This document shows positions 47,041 to 64,000 of a stretch of 64,000 nucleotides of DNA, piece by piece. The DNA comes from Macrostomum lignano. Its lineage: Eukaryota. Within the stretch, counting starts at the first letter, position 1; each line of letters begins with the position of its first letter. The stretch covers positions 1 through 64,000 of the forward strand of contig NIVC01002873.1 in the NCBI GenBank assembly GCA_002269645.1, in the 5' to 3' direction. A program made the position numbers and the translations under genes. The notes beneath the pieces are model-generated. The model was not told the origin of the DNA and searched no databases. It saw nothing but the letters and a program-made list of their open reading frames with translations.

Positions 47041-49629
47041 AAGCCGCAGGCGCAGAACTGCGGCCAATAAAGCGATCTATTCACTCTTTATTGACTCTGC
47101 AAACATTCGAATCGAAAAAAACCGTGGACTTAAAACATTTATCTTCCGAGCAAAATGGATGCTGCAGGCTTGAAAACTTGGCTGCGCAAAAGAAGAAGAC
47201 ACTAAATAACAAGGAGCGCAGGACGCATGCTAGAAAGCATTAAAAATGTTTGAGGGAAATCTGGAAGCCGAAGCTGAATGGATGGCAGGGGGGTTGGGTG
47301 GGTTAAAAGAGGCGTTGCTGCACTGCCGTTTACCCCCGGATTGATACAGAAACCGGACAGTCAGGGTGGAACAATTTCAACGCAAAAGAAGGAAAAGAAA
47401 AGCTTTAGTAGATGGGGAGAAATCGAGAACGAACTGGGCTTAGATTTCGAGAGCACATATGCGCAAAGCAAGAAATCCAGCGAATACTGAAGTGGGAGGT
47501 TGCCCGATTTTTCCTTAACTTTTCCGGTGTTGTCTGCGACTGTCGAGGTGCTGAGGTCTTTCCATAATTTTCCCCACATTTAAAATAAATTTAATGGCAA
47601 CCCTGAAATGTTTCGTCCCTTGAGCTGGATAAAAAAACTATTCAATATATATTTATATTCCCTCGGGGCTGTTTGGCAGTATAAAATTATAACAGTGTGG
47701 AAGCCAGACAGTTGTATTTTGTAGGCCAGCCATCTCTACAATATGGCTTGCATATTTCACGTGACGCGATGTCCAGTATCGAGTACTTGGAGCGAAAACG
47801 GGGCCGCCTCCGCCTACTTGCAGTCTTTGCCTTTCTTACTGCTACCCCGACTGATCCATGTTGCTGTAGGGTTGCGAACTCAGGCTTGCTCATTCCCTTA
47901 TGGATTGATTCTAGTCGATTCTTTAGCTGAAAAAGCGCCTCTCCTTAAGGCTTCAAAGCATGCACACCTCACATCAGAAATGTATTGTCGTTGTTGTAGC
48001 GATTGTCTGCCTGTCTGTTTGATTAAGCCTTAGGCCTATAGGCTGCTTACCCTGTACTGTACTGTACTTGTACTGTACTGCTGTCTGTAGCCTGTAGGGC
48101 TGTAGCCCATGCCCCATACATGGAATTTGTTTGTTTGATACACGGGATGGGATTCAGGATTCAGGACAGAAACAACTTGAAAATATTTTATTTGACTGGC
48201 GGATCCAAAGAGGGTCAAGGGGGTCGGCTGACCTCCCCCGCCCAGCCGAGCATGACCCCGTCCCAGGCAAAGTCCTCGAACGGCCACTGTATATTTACGT
48301 TTATTTTTAATTGCATTTCCCTTAAAATGCACCGCGAGATCATGTTTCGCCAGTGAGCCAGTCAGTTTGCCTTGTCCTAATTAAACCAATTTGCTTTTGC
48401 GGACAAGATAATAAAAAAAATAAGTGAAAGAGAGATTAAAGAGAAAGTAGAACAAAGGCCAGATTTGATAATTCCCTGATGGTGGTCCTTGCTCTGGAAT
48501 TGGAATTTGGAAATTGGAATTTGGACTTGTGAAACTGGCGCTGGATTTGGCTGGTTCTAACTTCTAATGTTCTCTCCTAGTGTCCTATAGTTATTTGCTG
48601 TTTCACTGCTTTACTTTGTGCGCCTGCGTACGCGCAATAAAGTAGTAAAGTCTCGCGTATTATTCTAGCTTTGCGCTTCCCTATGTTTCAAAAGGACCTC
48701 CTTACCAGACAGAGGGCTCCCCCTCCCCCAGCCCTCTCCTGCTAACGCCAAGCCACCCCAGGCCCAAGCACACCACCCCAATTCTAAGTTAATTAGTCCA
48801 GTCTTATTGGCCAGACTGAAGAGGGGGTTGGGCGAATTCCACTAGGCTCTGCTCACACTAGCGCCGCCGCACGCAAACACCCCTCCCGCCTCTTAGTGCG
48901 CAATTCCAATTCGACCATCGTTAATGTGCCCGACGGTGGCTTGTTGAAGGAGACGGTGTCCTGCCCCTTTCCTCCTTTGGGCTTTATTTTAAAGCATCGG
49001 AAAACTTATACGACGCGCTAAATAAATGGATACTGTCGAACCTCTCTCTTCACTTTCTCCCTCCCGAAGCCTTCTTGCATAGGGCGCCGTTAGTGAATCC
49101 GTTATTCTGACGTCTTAGTGAATTTTTATAAAAGCTAGCTAAGTTTATTATTTAACTTTACTGGCGTCTGCAATTGTGTATATCGAGAACACAGGCACCA
49201 TAAAAAATAGATTTGCGAGTTACCGAATATTTCCATTTGCTTCCTACTGATTAGAATCAGCAGACAACACAATACGAAGTAATAGCTAATAAATCTTCCC
49301 TTGAACCCTCAGTGATTTTAACGAGGCATATAATAGAATAATGAATTGTAGACGTTTTGTATTGTTTTTTGTATTCACCTATTTAAACGTTTTGCCTGCG
49401 GAATCGCGCTTCGTGTCTGCTGGTAAGATTTTTTATAGATTTTTTTAAAACTATATAATCTGCGTGTAGGTGTACTTTTACGATAATCGTAATAAATACA
49501 TCTATTACGATTATATCATAATCGTAAATAATGGATTTAATGCCCGATGGGCTTCCTTAGACCCACAATGCCTCCTTAGTTAAACCTTAGGTTAACCCCA
49601 ATATTTTGCTTCAAGACAGACTGCAAAGG

Positions 49630-52463
49630 AAGAGAGTAGAAGTCTGCCAGATGAAGAGAGTAGAAGTCTGCCATATGAAGAGAACAGGAGACTGCCAGAT
49701 GAAAAGTGCAGGAGACTGCCAGACGAAGAGTGCAGGAGACTGCCAGATGAAGAGTGCAGGAGACTGCCAGATGAAGAGTGCAGGAGACTGCTAGATGAAA
49801 AGTGCAGGAGACTGCCAGACGAAGAGTGCAGGAGACTGCCAGATGAAGAGTGCAGGAGACTGCCAGATGAAGAGTGCAGGAGACTGCCAGATGAAGAGTG
49901 CAGGAGACTGCCAGATGAAGAGGGCAGGAGACTGCCAGATGAAAAGTGCAGGAGACTGCCAGACGAAGAGTGCAGGAGACTGCCAGATGAAGAGTGCAGG
50001 AGACTGCCAGATAGAGTGCAGGAGACTGCCAGATGAAAAGTGCAGGAGACTGCCAGACGAAGAGTGCAGGAGACTGCCAGATGAAGAGTGCAGGAGACTG
50101 CCAGATGAAGAGTGCAGGAGACTGCCAGATGAAGAGTGCAGGAGACTGCCAGATGAAAAGTGCAGGAGACTGCCAGACGAAGAGTGCAGGAGACTGCCAG
50201 ATGAAGAGTGCAGGAGACTGCCAGATGAAGAGTGCAGGAGACTGCCAGATGAAGAGGGCAGGAGACTGCCAGATGAAAAGTGCAGGAGACTGCCAGACGA
50301 AGAGTGCAGGAGACTGCCAGATGAAGAGTGCAGGAGACTGCCAGATGAAGAGGGCAGGAGACTGCCAGATGAAGAGTGCAGGAGACTGCCAGATGAAGAG
50401 GGCAGGAGACTGCCAGATGAAGAGTGCAGGAGACTGCCAGATGAAGAGGGCAGGAGACTGCCAGATGAAGCGTGCAGGAGACTGCCGGATGAAGAGGGCA
50501 GGAGACTGCCAGATGAAGAGTGCAGGAGACTGCCAGATGAAGAGGAGCAGGAGACTGCCAGATAGAGTGCAGGAGACTGCCAGATAGAGTGCAGGAGACT
50601 GCCAGATAGAGTGCAGGAGACTGCCAGATAGAGTGCAGGAGACTGCCAGATAGAGTGCAGGAGACTGCCAGATAGAGTGCAGGAGACTGCCAGATAGAGT
50701 GCAGGAGACTGCCAGATGAAGAGTGCAGGAGACTGCCAGATGAAGAGGGCAGGAGACTGCCAGATAGAGTGCAGGAGACTGCCAGATAGAGTGCAGGAGA
50801 CTGCCAGATAGAGTGCAGGAGACTGCTAGATAGAGTGCAGGAGACTGCCAGATAGAGTGCAGGAGACTGCCAGATGAAGAGGGCAGGAGACTGCCAGATG
50901 AAGAGGAGCAGGAGACTGCCAGAGGAAGAGGGCAGGAGACTGCCAGATGAAGAGTGCAGGAGACTGCCAGATGAAGAGGGCAGGAGACTGCCAGATGAAG
51001 AGGGCAGGAGACTGCCAGAGGAAGAGGGCAGGAGACTGCCAGATGAAGAGGGCAGGAGACTGCCAGATGAAGAGGGCAGGAGACTGCCAGATGAAGAGGG
51101 CAGGAGACTGCCAGATGAAGAGGGCAGGAGACTGCCAGATGAAGAGGGCAGGAGACTGCCAGAGGAAGAGGGCAGGAGACTGCCAGATGAAGAGTGCAGG
51201 AGACTGCCAGATGAAGAGGGCAGGAGACTGCCAGATGAAGAGGGCAGGAGACTGCCAGAGGAAGAGGGCAGGAGACTGCCAGATGAAGAGTGCAGGAGAC
51301 TGCCAGATGAAGAGGGCAGGAGACTGCCAGATGAAGAGGGCAGGAGACTGCCAGAGGAAGAGGGCAGGAGACTGCCAGATGAAGAGGGCAGGAGACTGCC
51401 AGATGAAGAGGGCAGGAGACTGCCAGATGAAGAGTGCAGGAGACTGCCAGATGAAGAGGGCAGGAGACTGCCAGATGAAGAGGGCAGGAGACTGCCAGAT
51501 GAAGAGTGCAGGAGACTGCCAGATGAAGAGGGCAGGAGACTGCCAGATGAAGAGGGCAGGAGACTGCCAGATGAAGAGGGCAGGAGACTGCCAGATGAAG
51601 AGGGCAGGAGACTGCCAGATGAAGAGTGCAGGAGACTGCCAGATGAAGAGGGCAGGGTACTGCCAGATGAAGAGGGCAGGAGACTGCCAGATGAAGAGTG
51701 CAGGAGACTGCCAGATGAAGAGGGCAGGAGACTGCCAGATGAAGAGTGCAGGAGACTGCCAGATGAAGAGGGCAGGGTACTGCCAGATGAAGAGGGCAGG
51801 AGACTGCCAGATGAAGAGTGCAGGAGACTGCCAGATGAAGAGGGCAGGAGACTGCCAGATGAAAAGTGCAGGAGACTGCCAGACGAAGAGTGCAGGAGAC
51901 TGCCAGATGAAGAGTGCAGGAGACTGCCAGATGAAGAGGGCAGGAGACTGCCAGATGAAGAGTGCAGGAGACTGCCAGATGAAGAGGGCAGGAGACTGCC
52001 AGATGAAGAGTGCAGGAGACTGCCGGATGAAGAGGGCAGGAGACTGCCAGATGAAGAGGGCAGGAGACTGCCAGATGAAGAGGAGCAGGAGACTGCCAGA
52101 TAGAGTGCAGGAGACTGCCAGATAGAGTGCAGGAGACTGCCAGATAGAGTGCAGGAGACTGCCAGATAGAGTGCAGGAGACTGCCAGATAGAGTGCAGGA
52201 GACTGCTAGATAGAGTGCAGGAGACTGCCAGATGAAGAGTGCAGGAGACTGCCAGATGAAGAGGGCAGGAGACTGCCAGATGAAGAGGAGCAGGAGACTG
52301 CCAGAGGAAGAGGGCAGGAGACTGCCAGATGAAGAGTGCAGGAGACTGCCAGATGAAGAGGGCAGGAGACTGCCAGATGAAGAGGGCAGGAGACTGCCAG
52401 AGGAAGAGTGCAGGAGACTGCCAGATGAAGAGTGCAGGAGACTGCCAGATGAAGAGTGCAGGA
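49630..52463. repeat. 24-bp satellite gatgaagag(t/g)gcaggagactgcca with 22-bp variant blocks
   Basis: 2.8-kb intergenic array and the source of the RRLPDEE / MKSAGDCQ / SSSGSLL pseudo-ORFs. Confidence 0.97.
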
Positions 52464-53126
52464 CCCCGATTCCTTGGCTTCTTGCATGCCATTTCCGCGT
52501 GCGGTATTGTTCACTATTATATTATTTATTATGCCATCGATTACTCACTGCACTACTTAGGGATATATGCGGCTTTTATTGCCTATCTAATTGCTAAACT
52601 AATAATCCTAGACTTGCAGTTTAAGATTCCCGTGCCCACCGGATGATTCAGTTCGAGATGCCCGCGGTAGTTCTTCGAGACGAAAGAAACCAAACAAAAA
52701 TCGATATTTTGCTTCTTCTTTTGCGCTTGCATTTGAATTGCATTGCAAGGCAGGCAGGCGGGCAGACAGGGTGGCTGGCTGGCAAGCATATTACCAACTA
52801 TAATTATATTTGTAACGAAATATTTTCACAAACGCAGCGCTCGATAGTTGAGAGGAGAAGACTGAAGAATGCAAAAGGAGAGGTCGGCAGTTGCAGGGAC
52901 TCGGCTCGACTTTAACTTCGAATATGTATATATAGCGATTGTCGAATGCAAAAGGAAGCAGCATTAGGGGCAATCCAGGTGCAACTTCTGATTGTATACA
53001 CTCAACAGCAGTTACTCCCCCACCCCCTACTCATGCTGTCACGCTGCACGGAAGTTGATTGTTAAGCAATGCAATTGGTGATCTGAAGCTGCTCATCATC
53101 AACCGGTTGGTGATCAGAATGCCACA

Positions 53127-53244
53127 CAGGGGCGTCCCTATACCAATGCGGCTGGCAAAAAGTACATGGCATCCGCTTGCAGTGTAACTTTGGCGCCCAT
53201 GCTGCTGTCGCCCCCCTCATTGAAAGATCCTGGTTACGACCCTG
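53127..53244. mobile_element. Possible short MITE with CAGGG(G/T)CGT termini
   Basis: caggggcgt at the left and acgaccctg at the right resemble the ends of the 23237 family. The TIR is short and no TSD was verified. Confidence 0.35.
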
Positions 53245-54169
53245 ATGTCACGAAGGGGGACGACAGTTTAACAGTTTTTTAAGTCAAACGAGCTGTGTCG
53301 GTACATATCATATAACAGATTTTCTAACTATATGCAGTTTCGTTTCTTTTGCACAATCAACGGACTCCGAAAACGTTTCCTTGAAGACTAAATGTTGGAA
53401 GTCTCAAGAAAGAATTTAAATTCTTTGTGCCTTCAAGCGATGCGCGTGTCCATATCCGTTTTCGTGCTCAGGGGTCAGCGGGCTTGCCTCCTATAGGAGC
53501 GGTTCAACTGTCTGTCCGCCTTGATTTGCGCCAGCTTCTCACCAAGAAGCGAAGGAAATTGTCTCAAAAAGCTTTTAATTATACAACAATTAGCTCAATA
53601 ATGAAGGCAGACAACTGCTTAACACTTATAGACTACATGGCTTTAAATAGGAGGGCTAAAACCATAGTATCTTGAGCGATTGACGCTGCAACAAAGATAA
53701 ATAATTAAAAAACCAATTGAAATTCGCAACTTGCAATTGCAACACAAATCGATAAAGATGCACAAAGCAAAAAATAAGAACTAATCTCAGTTTCATAAAA
53801 TTTCTTCGTACATCAGAGCGTATGCCTCTGCAGGCGCCAAATGCAGAAGAGCTGGCAAGTGCAGGTGACTTAACCTCCGAGAATGTTCTGCCGTCCGGCA
53901 ACAGCTGCATGGGTCCGAATCAAACAAAACACCAACACCTCTACCCTATCCTATACACTGCTGAGCGTCTCTGATCCACAGAAGTTGCAGAAATCTGCAG
54001 ACTCCATGTTTACAGATTAGTCGAAGTTGACAATTCATGGAAATCTTGAAATCCTTATTGTTGCGCCAGTTTGGCATCCGGGGTCCAACTCGACAAGCGT
54101 ATAGGATTCTGCAGCCGTGATTAGGGAGTTACAATGGAGCAAACTGAACTGATAAGCTGGTTCTCTGAG

Positions 54170-54478
54170 TAATAATAAAATAATAATAGATAATAATGTG
54201 ATTACAAATGCCCTAATGGGCAGATGTGCAACCGACAGCTCAGCCGCAGCCATTGCTCGGCGCATCTGAAGGCTGCGTACGGCTGTTCAGTCCAAGGACT
54301 GGGGGGTCACCACACACACCCTCAATTACCCCAGCTAATGCTGGCTCATTTTACAGCTTGGTGAACTGAAGAAATGCAGAGTTAAGTGTCTTGCTCAAGG
54401 ACACAAATTGTTCCGAATGGGTCGAAAATCGAACCCCCGACTTTTCAGTCGTGAGTCCGACGATCTCACCTACAAACG
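54170..54478 (-). mobile_element. tRNA-derived CORE-type SINE, copy 3
   Basis: Reverse complement of the same body, with gaaaatcgaacc as the B-box and an (ATT)n tail at ~54170-54197. Confidence 0.85.
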
Positions 54479-54520
54479 CCATCCTGAGTCTATAATAAAA
54501 CAATAAAACTGAATTCTCAG

Positions 54521-59527
<5,007 letters not shown>

Positions 59528-59722
59528 GTCCAGATGATCAATTTTAATTGCTAATGGTTATTGGTTTCTGTCGATTGTGTGGTTGAAACAGCTTATTTTT
59601 TAAAACTGCTTATTTATGTTGTCTGCAGAGAATGATAATAGTGTTCCGTAAAAATCATATTTTGCAAACATTTTGACACGGTCAGTGTCTCGGTCTCAAA
59701 TTTAGTGTTCATTTTGTGTCAG

Positions 59723-60058
59723 ATATGGTCAGTGCTCACTGTGTCAGCTATGGTCAGTGCTCACTGTGTCAGCTATGGTCAGTGCTCACTGTGTCAGCTA
59801 TGGTCAGTGCTCACTGTGTCAGCTATGGTCAGTGCTCACTGTGTCAGCTATGGTCAGTGCTCACTGTGTCAGCTATGGTCAGTGCTCACTGTGTCAGCTA
59901 TGGTCAGTGCTCACTGTGTCAGCTATGGTCAGTGCTCACTGTGTCAGCTATGGTCAGTGCTCACTGTGTCAGCTATGGTCAGTGCTCACTGTGTCAGCTA
60001 TGGTCAGTGCTCACTGTGTCAGCTATGGTCAGTGCTCACTGTGTCAGCTATGGTCAGT
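59723..60058. repeat. 25-bp perfect minisatellite atggtcagtgctcactgtgtcagct
   Basis: About 13.5 essentially identical copies between two convergent genes. Confidence 0.97.
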
Positions 60059-60654
60059 TCTGTTCCCGCAGTCATCCAATGTGTCTAATATTCTGCCAGC
60101 CTGTCGCTCTTTCTCTGTCGTAACGCCAAGTATTTTGTGTTTTCCAGTTAATTTTAAATCTTTGCAAAAAGCAAGTAAAATGCAAATTCTTTCTGTTCTC
60201 ACCTGCAATATAACATTGCTGTTTATTTTTCAGCTATTCGTGCGCAAAAAAGCTGGCAATAACCGTTTAATGTTACTCTGCATTGGCCGTAGTAGTATAG
60301 TTAGGTTATTTTTACCCGCCGCATTATCTTTGTTCGAAAAACAACACTACGAAATTCGATGCTTTTTTAAGATCATCCGCAGTGCGAGTGACTTTGCTTT
60401 GATGGCTGATGGGTTTGGCAGTAAACTTTGGGGAAGGCGATTAATATTCTATCATTGTCATTATTATTCCACATTTTGTAAGTGTCAGTTAACTGTTCGC
60501 ACTACTTGAGCTTTAAGCTGAAAGCTGAAATACACACTCTTAGCTGCTTGCCTGGCAAAACTTTTAAATTAATATGGAAAAAGCCCGACCTCAAGGAGCT
60601 TTTCTATCCAAATATTAACGCATGATTGAGAGTCCAAGTGTTGGAATGTAGATT

Positions 60655-60806
60655 AACTGTCATAGACAGATGAATGACCGTCATGAGCTATTATAGGCAG
60701 ATGAATGACCGTCATGAGCTATCATAAGCGGATGAATGACCGTCATGAGCTATCATAGGCGGATGAATAACCGTCATGAGCTATCATCATAGACAGATGA
60801 ATGACA
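60655..60806. repeat. 31-bp minisatellite gatgaatgaccgtcatgagcta...
   Basis: About 4-5 degenerate copies with period 31 (60669, 60700). Confidence 0.88.
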
Positions 60807-61215
60807 GCATGCAGTATCTTAAACTGCTGACTGACACTGACAGTTAATAAATTCGCAAGACAAATTTCGTTTAAAAAAAGAAGCAATTATATTTGACAGT
60901 CTTACCGACCGCAAACAGGATTGTAAATAAAGACAGAAAACAGAAAGGCGACACGACACGTTGGATTACAAGAAAAGATTTAGAAAATTTTGCATCAAAG
61001 CAGGCAAAATTAGGAATTGTTCGGACATGATGGCGGCAATATTTCTGACACACAAAAACATTATTAAACCAACGGTTCACATTATTGGCTCAATCTGGAT
61101 TTTGTCATTTACTAAAAAAAATTCTATTTACTCTACTTCAAGTAGACATATTCCAATTTGCTCCGTATTTCTCTAGCTAATTAAGAAATTACCGTTATTT
61201 TAATGAGCTCTTGTT

Positions 61216-62823
61216 TTATTTCCTCTTAGTTTTACCCGTCCGGCCGCGCTCGAAGCGCACCGTCTCGGCCACCAATGACGTCATTTCGGACAGGCGCTGG
61301 CAGAAGGTGACAGCAGCTCCCACAGATGGATCTGAAAATCTGTACTTTTCTGTGGGATTAAGGGCTTATTTTATAGCCATGATACCAGGAATCCGAGCTT
61401 TGAAACTGTTAAAGTTCAATCGTATCTTTTAAAAGACAGAAAATTCTCCTCTGAGCTCACCTGCGCAGTTTGCTGCAGCCTGAGAATTACCGCTATTAGC
61501 CTGGGCTGACCTCCTGTTGCCATAGTAACCGGACGAATACGGCGAACCGTTTGGACGTCGCGAACTGGCGATGCCGGAGCAGCAGAAACTGCCTGCTGAG
61601 TCCTGATGCAGCCCGTCTGCTGCGGCTGCGTCACTCAGGGATGAGCCTACTGAGCCTGCGGAGTTGGAGTGAGTCAGTCAGTCAGTCAGTCAGTCAGTCA
61701 GTCAGTCAGTCAGTCAGTCAGTCAGTCATTCAGTCAGTCAGTCAGTCAGTCAGTCAGTCAGTCAGTCAGTCAGTCAGTCAGTCAGTCAGTCAGTCAGTCA
61801 GTCAGTCAGTCAGTCAGTCAGTCAGTCAGTCAGTCAGTCAGTCAGTCAGTCAGTCAGTCAGTCAGTCAGTCAGTCAGTCAGTCAGTCAGTCAGTCAGTCA
61901 GTCAGTCAGTCAGTCAGTCAGTCAGTCAGTCAGTCAGTCAGTCAGTCAGTCAGTCAGCTCACACTGCCTGGATGGCGGCAGTCCGTGGCCCGCAGGCCGG
62001 CCCTGTGTGACTGTCGTTGGCTCCCGCCGCTGCAGAACCAGCGACTGCGCGGTTCGAATCTCCAGTAGTTCGCCCAGCGCGACACCAGGCGGCTGCAGCG
62101 GCAGCGACTCCTGCCGGGGATTCCTGCGCTGCTGCCGCGGCTGCAGCTGCTGCGCCCCGCCGGCCTCGCCCTGCTGGCCGAACAGCAGCCGGCGCTCGCG
62201 GCGCCTCTCGCGCGAAGTCGGACGAGCTGTGGAGGCGTCGGCGCCGGTGGCAGCGGCTGCAGCGGCGGCGGCGACGGCGGCGGCTGAGGCCAGATCGTTG
62301 GTCGAGCGGGATGGAGCGATGCCGCTGCTGCGGGGGTCCGGGTTTGAATCCGCATTAGCCTGCGGTTCCCGCTCGAAAATTGACCCCACAACGAGGGCCG
62401 ACCCCCCAAGGCACAGTGAGTGTACATGCCCGACAATGAGGAAGTCAGGGCGGCCGTAGTGTACACCCTGAGTGAGCCTGTGCCTGCGGACAAGATCCAT
62501 AACTAACTAGCCTCGACTTGAAGATACTCGATAAGAGGCGGCTGTGGACTACTTTAAGTAGCACTCACCGTTGGTTCCGCCTAATGCTGAGCTGCTGCCC
62601 GGACAGCAGGTCAACCATCATGCCAGCTCTGCTTTGAGCTGGGCTGCTTATTTGTATGGATTTTGCTTCAACTAGAGTAGAAGAATGACGGAGAAGGCCA
62701 CGCCGCACTTGCTGCTCTATACTCGTTCTGCTCACGCAAAGCCATCCTGCAGCTCAAACCCCGGTGAATGGGCCGCCCAGTATATGTATGAGCCATTGGG
62801 ATTATTGACTTGCCGTGGAGTGG
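61216..62823 (-). CDS. Unidentified multi-exon protein (compact N-terminal segment plus low-complexity tail); 5' end not found
   Basis: Exons 62823-62736, 62643-62569, 62483-61963, 61655-61461, 61331-61216 have GT-AG ends and stay open in frame to KTKRK*. The first two exon boundaries are less certain. Confidence 0.65.
61668..61957. repeat. (CAGT)n microsatellite forming nearly the whole intron 61656-61962
   Basis: Near-perfect array directly between the donor and the acceptor. Confidence 0.98.
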
Positions 62824-63319
62824 CTTGGAGGGGAGGAGGGTAGAGAGGCAGGGGAGACCCACGCAGACGGGCCGGCTGAATTGTCAACTCAGCGCCTCAA
62901 ATAATCAGCAGCCAGTATTGCGTGAAATGCCATGAAACAATGAGAGAGGGTAGGCAGAGCTGGTACGGGCTTTCGCTGTGCGTATGGCCAGGGTGAGGCA
63001 CCTCTGCGCTCCAGTAAGCTTCAGGAAATGTGCCTTGAGCAGAAGTACCTGGCTTGGGAAGGCGGCACGCTATGCAAGGGGATGGGGTTCTCCTGCACTA
63101 GGGAGGTTGAGACAGGCTCTGTTCCTCATCACGATAAGCCAGTCAACGCCTAGCTCTTAGACTACATATTTTCCCATTAATATAATTGCCTTGCATGTGT
63201 CTAACTCTAACAGGTTTGATGAGCAGAGCTGATTAATCTTCTGTCTGTCTGTCTGTTGGGTTTGAGTAGATTGCCTACGCATTTAGGCCTTAGAAACTGT
63301 CACCAAATTGTAGAATGCA

Positions 63320-64000
63320 TGTCTAACAGGCTGTAGAATCTATCTAACAGGCTGTAGAATCTGTCTAATCGGCTGTAGAATCAATCTAACAGGCTGTAGA
63401 ATCAATCTAACAGGCTGTAGAATCTGTCTAATCGGCTGTAGAATCAATCTAACAGGCTGTAGAATCTATCTAACAGGCTGTAGAATCTATCTAACATGCT
63501 GTAGAATCTATCTAACAGGCTGTATAATCTATCTAACAGGCTGTAGAATCTATCTAACAGGCTGTAGAATCTGTCTAATCGGCTGTAGAATCAATCTAAC
63601 AGGCTGTAGAATCTGTCTAATCGGCTGTAGAATCTGTCTAACAGGCTGTAGAATCTATCTAACAGGCTGTAGAATCTATCTAACATGCTGTAGAATCTAT
63701 CTAACAGGCTGTATAATCTATCTAACAGGCTGTAGAATCTATCTAACAGGCTGTAGAATCTATCTAACATGCTGTATAATCAATCTAACAGGCTGTAGAA
63801 TCTATCTAACAGGCTGTAGAATCTGTCTAATCGGCTGTAGAATCAATCTAACAGGCTGTAGAATCAATCTAACAGGCTGTAGAATCTATCTAACAGGCTG
63901 TAGAATCTATCTAACATGCTGTAGAATCTATCTAACAGGCTGTATAATCTAACAGGCTGTAGAATCTATCTAACAGTCTGTAGAATCTATCTAACAGGCT
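63320..64000. repeat. 21-bp minisatellite tctaacaggctgtagaatcta, running off the window
   Basis: More than 30 tandem copies. Confidence 0.97.

Noticed and set aside
48600-49100. Promoter-like GC/CCAAT-containing region
   Set aside because: The motifs are short and could not be tied to a transcription start or gene without data.
49592-52492. 966-aa, 409-aa and 392-aa ORFs
   Set aside because: They are translations of a stop-free 24-bp satellite in several frames on both strands, with no splice context or unique sequence.
59705-60123. CRISPR-like appearance of 25-bp and 29-bp direct repeats (also 33501-33800)
   Set aside because: Units are contiguous with no unique spacers, there are no cas genes, and the context is eukaryotic.

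Overview
Eukaryotic (metazoan) genomic DNA. It has spliceosomal GT-AG introns, GC-rich Ala/Gln/Gly-rich exons and introns filled with micro/minisatellites. This style suggests the flatworm Macrostomum (inference only, not testable here). By manual splicing I reconstructed eight intron-containing genes: a two-domain cyclic-nucleotide-binding protein (+, 1334-5326, 5' end not found); an unrecognised secreted 8-Cys protein (-, 5867-6822); a calmodulin-like protein (-, 10633-13371); an MFSD8/CLN7-like transporter (-, 17418-20799); a SERBP1/vig homologue with a much expanded RGG region (+, 25000-29601); a tau/MAP2/MAP4-family protein with six microtubule-binding repeats, each on its own exon (-, 34539-42359); an LDLa-domain type-I membrane protein (+, ~54521-59527, 5' end not found); and an unidentified multi-exon gene (-, 61216->62823). 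Mobile DNA includes a tRNA-derived CORE-type SINE (3 near-full copies and 1 fragment), foldback/MITE elements (one with an 8-bp and one with a 9-bp target-site duplication), a minisatellite-carrying MITE family and an RTE-clade LINE remnant. Two genes each carry an apparent 1-nt frameshift in a short homopolymer, probably assembly errors. Most long ORFs in the supplied track are translations of tandem repeats or antisense shadows of GC-rich exons. No rRNA, true tRNA, CRISPR array or prokaryotic system is supported. The best novelty candidates are the modular six-repeat tau gene, the orphan secreted protein and the repeat-filled intron architecture.
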